From the NCBI GenBank assembly GCA_001825335.1, contig MHWA01000004.1:35341-99340 (forward strand): a stretch of 64,000 nt of DNA. Direction: 5' to 3'. The DNA comes from Candidatus Zambryskibacteria bacterium RIFCSPLOWO2_01_FULL_35_19. Lineage in GTDB: Bacteria; Patescibacteriota; Minisyncoccia; Phycocordibacterales; WO2-35-19. Made by a program: the position numbers and the translations under genes. Each line of letters starts with the position of its first letter. Positions within the stretch are counted from its first letter, which is position 1. Below the pieces are notes generated by a model that saw only the letters and a list, made by a program, of their open reading frames with translations, ran no database searches and was not told where the DNA came from. Shown here in pieces: positions 25,906 through 34,447 of this stretch.

Positions 25906-28290
25906 CTAGCGGAGGGAAACAACACCCAAATAGTCGTAGCGTAGCCCTGGGTAATCGTTGTTGACGTCGACGCCGTCGCGGTCAGCGAGGCCGAGATCCA
26001 CAAGCTCGCCGTAAGAGGAAAGGGCTGCTGTCCAATCATAGGTCTTCTCCAAAATTCGCTCATTATTGCCCTTTATGGAGAGCAAGATGTCATAAAGGAC
26101 TTCTGGCGGCAGTCTCCTGTGATTTTTGTTCACGGTAAGCTCAGAGAGTCTTCTAGCCGCCTCCTGCCAGTCTGATTTCATAATTTCGTTAATTTCTTCA
26201 AGAACTTTATCGGAACATTCTTTGGCCTCATCTTCAGTCAGAGATCCCAGTGATATTAAATATTCGCGCAATATTTTTGTTTGCTCTATATAATTTGTGG
26301 ATCCTTCAGCTTTACCGCCATAAGAAGTAGTCACCGACTCAGGAAGAGGAGCTTTGGTTGTAAGCCTCCATTTCAAGCGAGGATGAGTATTTGGAATTGG
26401 CGTGCCATCTTTATTGATTCCGGTGTAAAACGGCTCATCTTTATACCAACAACTACTTTCTAACTTTGCTGCACCAGATTTATCTTGTCCATACAAAACC
26501 TTAATTTTTTCTCCAGTAGCAGGATCGATCAATTCAGGAATCATTTCAAGCATATGAGATATGGTAAGGAACTTACCTTCTGAGTCTTTATCAACTCCGA
26601 GTACAAGCATTTCTCCATTCTCCTTGGCCTTTTCAAGATCATCCGGCGAATATGGCATATCTGGAATATCTTCAAGAGCCACTTTGATACCAAAAGTCTT
26701 TTCAATTTTTTCAGGTCCCATATAGTCTTTGCCCAACATTTCTTTTGCTAATTCCATTTTTTTAAGCAAAGTATCAGGTGAAGTTCTTCTCTCCGGCTTT
26801 GATAGTTTACCACTGGCCTCAACTTCTGCTTTCAGTTTTTCAATATCTTTAATGAGCCCAGCCTTTTCTGGAGATATACCGGCAGTTTCTAAGCTTTTTC
26901 TTTTTGATTCTCCCGGCTTAGGTTTGTATTCCACTAATCTTATAAGCTCCCCGAGCTTTTTTCTGTCAGCGTCACTCTCCAATTTATTGGCGTAATAATA
27001 ACGGAGAGCTTGTTGCATGGTTTCGTTAATATCTCCATTATAAAATCTCAAAATAAAATCTCTGACTCTACGAGGTTCCATACGATCATCGTAAGTGAAA
27101 GGTTGAGGCTGATCTTCAGCAATTTTTCTATTTTTCAAAAGCTCTTTGGCCGCTTTATGAAATTCTTTAAATTTTTCCAAAACTTCAGGCAGTCCTTGAA
27201 TATCTTGGAGTTGCTCTGTTGTTAAACCTTCACCTCTGGCTCTGAGGAACATGTCAGGAGTTATATTTTGCGTTCCAGCTCCTATTCCAAAAAGGGCGTC
27301 TGTTGAAAATGAGAACGTGCCTTCTGGAAGTTCGGTTGGCAGTTTTTTGTAAACCCATCTTCGGAGTTGGGCAGGATCTAGTGGTTCACGACCAAAATAT
27401 CCTTTGCCTGGAGGGTTCATCAGGGCAATAATTTTGGTCTTCTCTTTATTCACAGCTACAGCTTCTGAAGCATCTTCAGACAATACGACATCTCCACCCC
27501 TTTCAAGAGAATCTAAAACTTCATGGAGACGAATGAGAATGTTTGGGGCTGAAGCGTTGAATTCGTCCAATATAATTATTTTTGTCTTGCCTTCTTCTTG
27601 CCTCAAACCGCTTGTTACTTTGCCGTCTGCAAAAATATATTCAGGATCTTCAGGTTTATTTTTGTGAGGATTGGGAATGTATCTCCCCATCAAATCTTCA
27701 ACATCAGTTGCCCCGTTGAGGTTCGCATAATGAATCTCCCAACCAAGTTCAGCTGCCATCTTTTTAACCGTTGTGGTTTTGCCTAGAGATGTTCCACCAT
27801 CAACAAGCAGAGGCTCACCGCTTACAAACGCCACAGCGATATCTCTTTGCAAAGGCAAAGCCACTTCTTTGTCATTTATAAAATCTTGGTATTGCTCTCT
27901 TCTTGGTATAAATTGACCATTACCATTTTTTGCTTTCTCCAAACCAACTCCAAGATAAGAAACGCTGCTTTCAGTTTCTTCAATAGAATTTTCAGTTATG
28001 GGAATAATCTCTACAAATAATTTACCGCTCATGGGATCCTCCGGATTGGTGTCTTCCACAACTCTAACCTTATACGGATATCCAGGCTCCGGTACTGGAG
28101 AAGATTTTGCCAAAATAATAATTTTCCTGCTTGGAGAACTGCTTTTATATTCCTTTTCGCCACTCTTTTTTTGCTGTTCTTCAAATATGACATCATCAAT
28201 AAAATTGCCCCCTTCTTGTGTCCCCACATTTTCTATTTTAGCCTTATTTTTAGGGTCAAAATTGATATTTTCCATTTCAGTGCTTGACAT
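25906..28290 (-). CDS. DGR target protein 2: MoxR/AAA_5-family ATPase fused to a DGR-diversified C-terminal module
   Basis: 794 aa; Walker A GGTSLGKTT; Walker B KIIILDEFNASAPNILIRLHEVLD (the DEFN matches MoxR DEINRA); sensor region IIALMNPPGKG...DPAQLRRW; the C-terminus ...DLGLADRDGVDVNNDYPGLRYDYLGVVSLR carries VR2. Confidence 0.75.
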   Translation of the reverse strand: MSSTEMENINFDPKNKAKIENVGTQEGGNFIDDVIFEEQQKKSGEKEYKSSSPSRKIIILAKSSPVPEPGYPYKVRVVEDTNPEDPMSGKLFVEIIPITENSIEETESSVSYLGVGLEKAKNGNGQFIPRREQYQDFINDKEVALPLQRDIAVAFVSGEPLLVDGGTSLGKTTTVKKMAAELGWEIHYANLNGATDVEDLMGRYIPNPHKNKPEDPEYIFADGKVTSGLRQEEGKTKIIILDEFNASAPNILIRLHEVLDSLERGGDVVLSEDASEAVAVNKEKTKIIALMNPPGKGYFGREPLDPAQLRRWVYKKLPTELPEGTFSFSTDALFGIGAGTQNITPDMFLRARGEGLTTEQLQDIQGLPEVLEKFKEFHKAAKELLKNRKIAEDQPQPFTYDDRMEPRRVRDFILRFYNGDINETMQQALRYYYANKLESDADRKKLGELIRLVEYKPKPGESKRKSLETAGISPEKAGLIKDIEKLKAEVEASGKLSKPERRTSPDTLLKKMELAKEMLGKDYMGPEKIEKTFGIKVALEDIPDMPYSPDDLEKAKENGEMLVLGVDKDSEGKFLTISHMLEMIPELIDPATGEKIKVLYGQDKSGAAKLESSCWYKDEPFYTGINKDGTPIPNTHPRLKWRLTTKAPLPESVTTSYGGKAEGSTNYIEQTKILREYLISLGSLTEDEAKECSDKVLEEINEIMKSDWQEAARRLSELTVNKNHRRLPPEVLYDILLSIKGNNERILEKTYDWTAALSSYGELVDLGLADRDGVDVNNDYPGLRYDYLGVVSLR
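25909..26026 (-). repeat. DGR variable repeat VR2
   Basis: Same structure as VR1; about 14 adenine-specific differences from the TR. Confidence 0.8.
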
Positions 28291-28494
28291 TATAACTCAT
28301 ATTTGCTATAATATACCCAGAATAGTTCTTTAAATTGTCTGGAAGGTTTTGAAAGAAGTACGACGGGACGCTGGCTAGCCATGCCAAACTCCCCCAAACA
28401 AAACGCGCCAGACCTAGCCACGGTCCGGGACGCACCCCAGCCTCTTTAAAAAGAAGGGGCTTTTTTTTATTTAAAAATGAAAATTTTTGAGTAT

Positions 28495-28902
28495 TCATGA
28501 TTGATATGCCGGACCGCAATTGGCTAATATATTCCAGCCTTTGTCTTGAAGTTTATTCAAATCTTCTTTCAAAACAAGAAAAATCACACAGCCATTGGTA
28601 TAGTCTGGAGAAAACGTTTTTGATTCCATCACGTTATTATCAAAAATTTCCACTTGGCCTGTAGGATACTGAATCAGGAAATCATAAAAATCTTTGCTCA
28701 TATTTTCGCCTGCAACAAGATATGTTTTGGCAGAATTAAATAGATCTGAAATATTATCTGATCGTTTGAATCCTTCGCTCTCCATTGCTCCCGAAAAATC
28801 GCTCAATTGATCTCTGTCTTGGGCTATAATTAGCCCCACTTCTTTTTGGCCAAAAGTTGCCTTAAGAAAATCGGTAAATTCTTTGTTTTCAGTTTCTTTC
28901 AT
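28495..28902 (-). CDS. hypothetical protein (135 aa) between the VWA and MoxR genes
   Basis: Plausible composition; no motif. Confidence 0.3.
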   Translation of the reverse strand: MKETENKEFTDFLKATFGQKEVGLIIAQDRDQLSDFSGAMESEGFKRSDNISDLFNSAKTYLVAGENMSKDFYDFLIQYPTGQVEIFDNNVMESKTFSPDYTNGCVIFLVLKEDLNKLQDKGWNILANCGPAYQS

Positions 28903-28916
28903 ACAGCTTATTTATA

Positions 28917-31202
28917 CTAAAAATTCTGATAATTGGCAATCACTTCTTTTATAAGGTCAGCCAACTTCTCAGCCATTTCTTCCACTTTAACATTTGCAAT
29001 GCTATTTGGATAATATCTGCCAACATGATCGGTCCCCCCACCTATACCCAAACCTATCAAACGAATATCGCTTTCTTCAAGCACTTGTTTGATCATTTTC
29101 CCAAGTTCATATTTTGTCCTCGGATGCATTGAGGATTCCTCAGGTGTGCCATCAGACATGACAATCAAAAATTTCTGATCGGCTTTTTGTTTCTCTAATC
29201 TTTTTGAGGCTTGCTCCAATGCCCAGCCGTCATCATTCCATCTGGCCTTCCCTGTATCGCTAGTATCGTTTACCTCTTGAAGCATGCCTCCCATATGCTC
29301 TCTTATAATTTTGGACATCTGCTCTCCAAAATCTTGATACTCATACATGCGATCATTAAATCCAAGTATTTCAAGATTTATAGATAAGCGGTTTAAAACT
29401 TCCGACAAAACAATAACGGCTTTGAAAGTTTCTTCTATTTTATTTCCGTTGGACATAGAACCGGAAAGATCAACCAATATGGAAATAGCGTAATCTTTTT
29501 CTTTTGGAAGTTCTCTTTTTTGCCAAGCTTTGCTCTCCATAGCCGGAACAGATTTGGCTTTCTCTTGAATCCTTCTTTTAATATCAATCCGCTTGCCGGT
29601 AGTGAAGCCGCTTTTCCAGCCTCTGGCTCTACGCTCGACGAATATCTCTCTCAAATCATTTTCAAGTTTGTCTATGAGCGGAAGGACTTCTTTTCTCATT
29701 CGTTCATAAACATTTTCGTCCTTTTTTAATTCTTTAGCTACTCTGTCTTTGTATTTTTTTAATTCTTCCTCATCAACTTCTTGTGTTTCTCTTCCGGTTT
29801 TTGTTTCTTGCTCAACTTCTTGTTTTGGCTTAACTTCGGCATCTCGTTCCGCCTTCTTTTCCGGATTATCAGAAAGTTTGCCTTGCAACTCTTCATTAAG
29901 AGCCTCCTCAAATTCTTTCATGGCTTTTTCAGCCTTATCTTTTATTTCTTTTTGCTCTCCTTCCGGGAGAGACTGGATATACTCTTTTATCTTTTGTTTT
30001 AAATCTTCAGAAAGAGAGTCTAAATCTATAGGTTTGGTTCCCGGGGATTGTTGTCCTTCCGTATCCTGTGGTTCACCTTCTCCAGCTGATTCGGAAGACT
30101 CTTCAGATTTTTCTCCTTTCTCTCCTTCAGCTTGTTGCTTTTCTTTCTCTGCTTTTTCTTTAGCCTCCTGTTGCTCCTTTTTGGCCTGTTCAATGGCTTT
30201 CTTTATGGCCTCCTCTAAAGCTTGCTGCTCTTCCGGAGTTAATTTATCTTTCAGTTCTTGTGGCATTCCTTTTTCTCCTTTTTCTTCGCCTCCGTCTTTT
30301 TCTTTCTGCATATCCTTTAACAATTCTTCCATTTTTTGATCTTCCATATCAGCTTCAACCAATTTTTTAAACTCTGGCCATATTTGATCTCGATTTATTT
30401 GATACGAAAGCTCGGCATATTTTCTGATCAACCCTTCGCTTTTGTCAGCCTCTTGTCTAGAAGGATATCTGAGCCAGGAATCTTGGGCCGATAACAGAGT
30501 CGCTTCAACTGCAGTTTTAACTTCCTCCGGCAAATCTGGAGACAATTCAAAATCTTGCTCTTTAGTTTCTCTAAACCATTGTTTAATATATTCAAATCCG
30601 GCCTGCATAAAGCGGGGCTTATATCCAAGTTTTTGCTCGGCTTTTTCTTTGGCCTTGGCTTCAAAATCCAAATCTTGTTCATAGGCCAAACCCATTTGTT
30701 CTCCAAATTTAGGATAACTTTCAGCCACAAAGTTATTGTCTCTTGGGTCTTCTATAGAATTCATCATGAAAGAAAACCCCGGTTGCTTCCATTCTTCCAA
30801 AGGAATAAAATCAGTCCGGCTGATTCTTCTGTGGCCGCCTTCATGAGAAATGACAAATCTTAAATAATCCATCGGTTTTTCCAAAAGATCTTTAGGATCA
30901 ATTCGTATTATGTTATTTTTAAAATCCCAATACCAACCGCCACCAGATTCATTAAGCTCAATTGGAATACGAAAATCTTTGCCTATGAAATACGCAAGAG
31001 AAGAGAGGGTCTGTTGTTTTTGTTTTATTTCTTCCTGCTGTTCAGGAGTAAACTCCGCAAGAATTTGTTTTTCTCTTTCTGGTTTCAGAGCTTTATATAT
31101 CTGCTCCGGCATTTCCGCAGTTTCGTTTTCAGGTATTTTGCCGTCTAATTTAATGCCCTCCATAAAATTGATTATAACTATATTGTGTCGCAAATTGGAC
31201 AA
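28917..31202 (-). CDS. DUF2201-like protein: N-terminal HExxH metallopeptidase-like domain, long K/E-rich coiled region, C-terminal VWA domain with MIDAS motif
   Basis: 761 aa; VISHEGGHRRISR (HExxH); VWA ISILVDLSGSM (DxSxS) ... LIVMSDGTPEE; this is the classic partner type of MoxR ATPases. Confidence 0.65.
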   Translation of the reverse strand: MSNLRHNIVIINFMEGIKLDGKIPENETAEMPEQIYKALKPEREKQILAEFTPEQQEEIKQKQQTLSSLAYFIGKDFRIPIELNESGGGWYWDFKNNIIRIDPKDLLEKPMDYLRFVISHEGGHRRISRTDFIPLEEWKQPGFSFMMNSIEDPRDNNFVAESYPKFGEQMGLAYEQDLDFEAKAKEKAEQKLGYKPRFMQAGFEYIKQWFRETKEQDFELSPDLPEEVKTAVEATLLSAQDSWLRYPSRQEADKSEGLIRKYAELSYQINRDQIWPEFKKLVEADMEDQKMEELLKDMQKEKDGGEEKGEKGMPQELKDKLTPEEQQALEEAIKKAIEQAKKEQQEAKEKAEKEKQQAEGEKGEKSEESSESAGEGEPQDTEGQQSPGTKPIDLDSLSEDLKQKIKEYIQSLPEGEQKEIKDKAEKAMKEFEEALNEELQGKLSDNPEKKAERDAEVKPKQEVEQETKTGRETQEVDEEELKKYKDRVAKELKKDENVYERMRKEVLPLIDKLENDLREIFVERRARGWKSGFTTGKRIDIKRRIQEKAKSVPAMESKAWQKRELPKEKDYAISILVDLSGSMSNGNKIEETFKAVIVLSEVLNRLSINLEILGFNDRMYEYQDFGEQMSKIIREHMGGMLQEVNDTSDTGKARWNDDGWALEQASKRLEKQKADQKFLIVMSDGTPEESSMHPRTKYELGKMIKQVLEESDIRLIGLGIGGGTDHVGRYYPNSIANVKVEEMAEKLADLIKEVIANYQNF

Positions 31203-31415
31203 TAAGACAAATATGGACTGATGCGGATTTAAGCGGTATTATTTATAGATAATTGAATAAGCCTAAACTTGCCAAGCCAAATTAGCAAGCATGGCGCAAA
31301 CCCAACCACGGCAGAGAACTCCTCGTTCAGGAGCACCGTGGTTGGTCCCATCCGGAAACGGGTGGTGGGTGGCGTAAGCCATCGCCTGGCGGGGAGTTTT
31401 CTGCCATCCCAAAAC

Positions 31416-32951
31416 TTAATATTGTTGTTTTGGTCTGTAAGAAATAGCTTCTAAAATATGGGAAGAAGAAATCTCAATGGAAGATTCTAGATCCGCAATG
31501 GTACGAGCCAACTTAATGATTTTGTGATAACTCCTAGCAGAAAGATCTAAAGTTTTTGCCGATCTGTTTAAAATCTCTTTTACTTCGTCTGATATTTTTA
31601 AAATGAGAGTAATATCTCTAGCATTCATTTCAGAGTTAGTAGATATTTTTCTACCAGCATTTTTGAATCTTTTTTCTTGAATATCTCTCGCCTTCATTAT
31701 TCTTTCCCTTGCTGGGATACTCTCACTCTTTTCGGCTTTCTCTGTTAATTTTTCATGATCTACCTTTGAAACTTCTGTCCATATATCTATACGATCTATT
31801 ATGGGTCCAGATATTTTTCTCTTGTATCTTTCAATTTGAAGCGGTGCGCAAGTACACGGTTTACCTTTTATTCCAAAATTTCCACACGGACAAGGATTCA
31901 TAGCGGCTACGAGTATGAAGTGCGCAGGAAACTTTACGGTGCCTTTGGCTCTTGAAACCGAAACAACCCTTTCTTCTAACGGCTCTCTCAAAGCTTCGAT
32001 TGCTTTATTTTCAAATTCTGGAAATTCGTCAACAAATAATATTCCCTTGTGGGCTAAAGTGACTTCCCCCGGCCTCGGATTAGTACCACCACCAATCAAA
32101 GCAACATAAGAGGCTGTGTGGTGAGGAGATCTAAAAGGTCTCTCTGCTACTAAACTATCATTCAAGGCGCCAGTCATAGAATGTATTTCTGTCACCTCTA
32201 AAGCTTCTTCAAATGAAAGTGGTGGTAGAATACCAGGCAGAGCTTTGGCGAGCATAGTTTTTCCTGTTCCAGGAGGTCCATAAAGAGCGATGTTGTGTCC
32301 GCCAGCCGCGGCTATCTCCAAAGCCCGTTTAGCTGATTCTTGACCTTTAATATCGGCAAGATCAAGAGAAATGTTATGCAAATTTTTTATCTCTTTTTTC
32401 TTTTCTTGTTTTAGCTTTTGGTTTATATCAGTATCATGGGCAACATGATTTATAATTTCCACCAAAGTTTCTGCTCCAAAAACAGCAATGCCGTCAACAA
32501 GAGCTGCTTCTGGAGCGTTTTCCACTGGTAGATATATTTCTCTGAAACCTTTTTCTTTTGCCTTACGAGCAAATGCTAAAGCTCCTTTTACGGATCGCAA
32601 ACCTCCGTCAAGTGAGAGCTCTCCAAGAAAAATTTTGTCTTTAGAATCAAACAGAATATCTCCGCTTGCTAACAAATATGACAAAGCAATAGCAACGTCT
32701 AAACCAGATCCTTCTTTTCTGACTTCAGCTGGTGCTAAAGATATAACAACTTTATGATTTTTTGACTTTGGGGATTCAAAACCAGAATTCTTAACAGCAG
32801 CGCTTATTCTATCTTTAGCTTCTTCAACGGCCTTATCACCTAGTCCAACTATTGAGAAAGAATTCAATCCTCTGGAAAGATCAGCCTCCACATCAACAAT
32901 ATATGGTTTGAGAAGTGAAGCTTGAGCACTGTGAACTTTAGCATATGACAT
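31416..32951 (-). CDS. comM: Mg-chelatase-like AAA+ ATPase ComM/YifB (intact copy, inside the element)
   Basis: 511 aa; N-terminal Lon-like domain; Walker A YGPPGTGKTMLAKAL; ILFVDEFPEF; Cys cluster MNPCPCGNFGIKGKPCTCA. Confidence 0.85.
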   Translation of the reverse strand: MSYAKVHSAQASLLKPYIVDVEADLSRGLNSFSIVGLGDKAVEEAKDRISAAVKNSGFESPKSKNHKVVISLAPAEVRKEGSGLDVAIALSYLLASGDILFDSKDKIFLGELSLDGGLRSVKGALAFARKAKEKGFREIYLPVENAPEAALVDGIAVFGAETLVEIINHVAHDTDINQKLKQEKKKEIKNLHNISLDLADIKGQESAKRALEIAAAGGHNIALYGPPGTGKTMLAKALPGILPPLSFEEALEVTEIHSMTGALNDSLVAERPFRSPHHTASYVALIGGGTNPRPGEVTLAHKGILFVDEFPEFENKAIEALREPLEERVVSVSRAKGTVKFPAHFILVAAMNPCPCGNFGIKGKPCTCAPLQIERYKRKISGPIIDRIDIWTEVSKVDHEKLTEKAEKSESIPARERIMKARDIQEKRFKNAGRKISTNSEMNARDITLILKISDEVKEILNRSAKTLDLSARSYHKIIKLARTIADLESSIEISSSHILEAISYRPKQQY

Positions 32952-33127
32952 ATTGTACTTTTATAATAACAAATTTTCTGAACACTTTTTCGCGAAGAAG
33001 CGGAGGCCTTCCTATACAGGCCATATACTGCCTCTTTTTTTTATTGCTTTTACAAACCGACCATCAATTTGTTCGTACCGCTAAACAGCATATACCCCTC
33101 TTTCCAAGCCGACTATTAGAAAGAGCA

Positions 33128-34037
33128 CTCCTTTGTGAGCTAAAGTAACTTCGCCCGGCTTTATATTGCTCCCCCCTCCGATGATAGCTACATGAGAAGC
33201 AGTGTGATGCGGAGAACGAAAAGGTCTCTCAAAAACCAATATGTCATTTAAAAATCCAGACATAGAATGAATCTCTGTCACTTCTAAAATTTCATCAAAT
33301 GAAAGCGGAGGCAAAATACCAGAAAGAGCTTTGGCCAACATTGTTTTACCTGTCCCCGGTGGTCCATAAAGAGCGATATTGTGTCCACCAGCAGCTGCTA
33401 TTTCCAAAGCTCGTTTAGCTGATTCTTGACCTTTAATATCTGCCAAATCAAGCGAAATATTTCTCAAATTTTTAATCTCTCTTTTCTTTTCTTGTTTTAT
33501 TTTTTGATTTATATCAGTATCGTGAGCAATATGATTTATTATTTCCTGTAAAGTTTCTGCCCCGAAAACAGCAATACCCTCTACCAAAACGGCTTCTGGA
33601 GCATTTTCAATTGGCAAATATATTTCCCTGAAGCCCTTTTCTTTAGCTTTACGAGCAAAAGCCAAAGCTCCCTTGACTCTCCGCAATCTACCATCAAGTG
33701 AAAGTTCTCCCAAAAAAATCTTGTCTTTAGAATCAAAAATAATATCACCACTGGCTAATAGATATGAAAGAGCAATAGCCACATCCAGACCAGAGCCCTC
33801 CTTTTTAACCTCGGCAGGAGCAAGGGAGATCACCACTTTGTGATTTTTTGATTTTGGAGATTCAAAACCGGAGTTTTTAACGGCTGCACTAATCCTATCT
33901 TTGGCTTCATCTACCGCCTTGTCTCATAAGCCAACAATAGAAAAAGAATTCAGACCGCGAGAGAGATCTGCTTCTACGTCAACAATATAAGGTTTTAAAA
34001 GTGATGCTTGAGCGCTGTGAACTTTGGCGTAAGACAT
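33128..34037 (-). pseudogene. comM: 5' fragment (N-terminal portion) of the disrupted comM, decayed
   Basis: MSYAKVHSAQ...IVGL*DKAV... has an in-frame TGA at 33924-33926; ~88% aa identity to the intact copy up to LAHKGVLF, then diverges into element-border sequence. Confidence 0.7.
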
Positions 34038-34054
34038 AATTTTCAATCTTTCAA

Positions 34055-34423
34055 TCAACTCTCCATATGAGCTTTGCAAGTGCGAGCAGCGGGGTTAGCG
34101 ATAAGACGCTCTTCTTCTATTTCTTCGCCCGAGACTTCACACATACCATATTCATTTTTTTCAATCTTAGTTAAAGCATCTTTGACATCATTGTATCTGA
34201 TTTCTAGTTCTTTTAAGACCGCAGTATTACTTTCAAATTCTTCAATATTGTCAGCCACTTCATTTGAGTCGGCGCTATCAACATTCATATCAGAGGGTTC
34301 AGCTTCCCAATCTTTTTTGTTAGATGGATTTTTTCGTCCAATAGAATTCAACTCATTCTCAACTAAGATGAGTTCTTCTTCTAATTTGGTCTTAAAATAT
34401 TCTATGTCTATATCATTTCTCAT
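34055..34423 (-). CDS. DksA/TraR-family zinc-finger protein (YteA-like)
   Basis: 122 aa; coiled-coil N-terminus; C-terminal YGMCEVSGEEIEEERLIANPAARTCKAH. Confidence 0.55.
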   Translation of the reverse strand: MRNDIDIEYFKTKLEEELILVENELNSIGRKNPSNKKDWEAEPSDMNVDSADSNEVADNIEEFESNTAVLKELEIRYNDVKDALTKIEKNEYGMCEVSGEEIEEERLIANPAARTCKAHMES

Positions 34424-34447
34424 AATGCATATTATATCACAAATTAT

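Larger units (their letters stand above)
15122..33128. mobile_element. ~18-kb integrative element (large-serine-recombinase type) inserted into comM; carries a DGR, a MoxR-VWA pair and its own comM
   Basis: The flanks are the two halves of one comM-family reading frame: LAHKGVLF|L on the right and L|DEFPEF on the left. Both junctions carry AG on the plus strand (the CT of the shared Leu codon). The element-side arms, GATGTTCGGTTTGCAAATGG and the reverse complement of CTTTCCAAGCCGACTATT, match at 13 of 20 positions as an imperfect inverted repeat. The serine recombinase gene is at 17301..19061. Confidence 0.6.

Noticed and set aside
29520-30863. Plus-strand and out-of-frame ORFs within 29520..30863 (Ser/Cys/Phe-rich)
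   Set aside because: They are antisense or frame-shifted readings of the K/E-rich low-complexity linker of the VWA protein gene.
31416-34037. Simple tandem duplication of comM as the explanation for the fragment next to the intact copy
   Set aside because: The matching 3' half of the fragmentary copy lies 18 kb away at 14502-15121 with symmetric junction dinucleotides. Identity between the copies is only about 88%, which argues against a recent local duplication or an assembly artefact.
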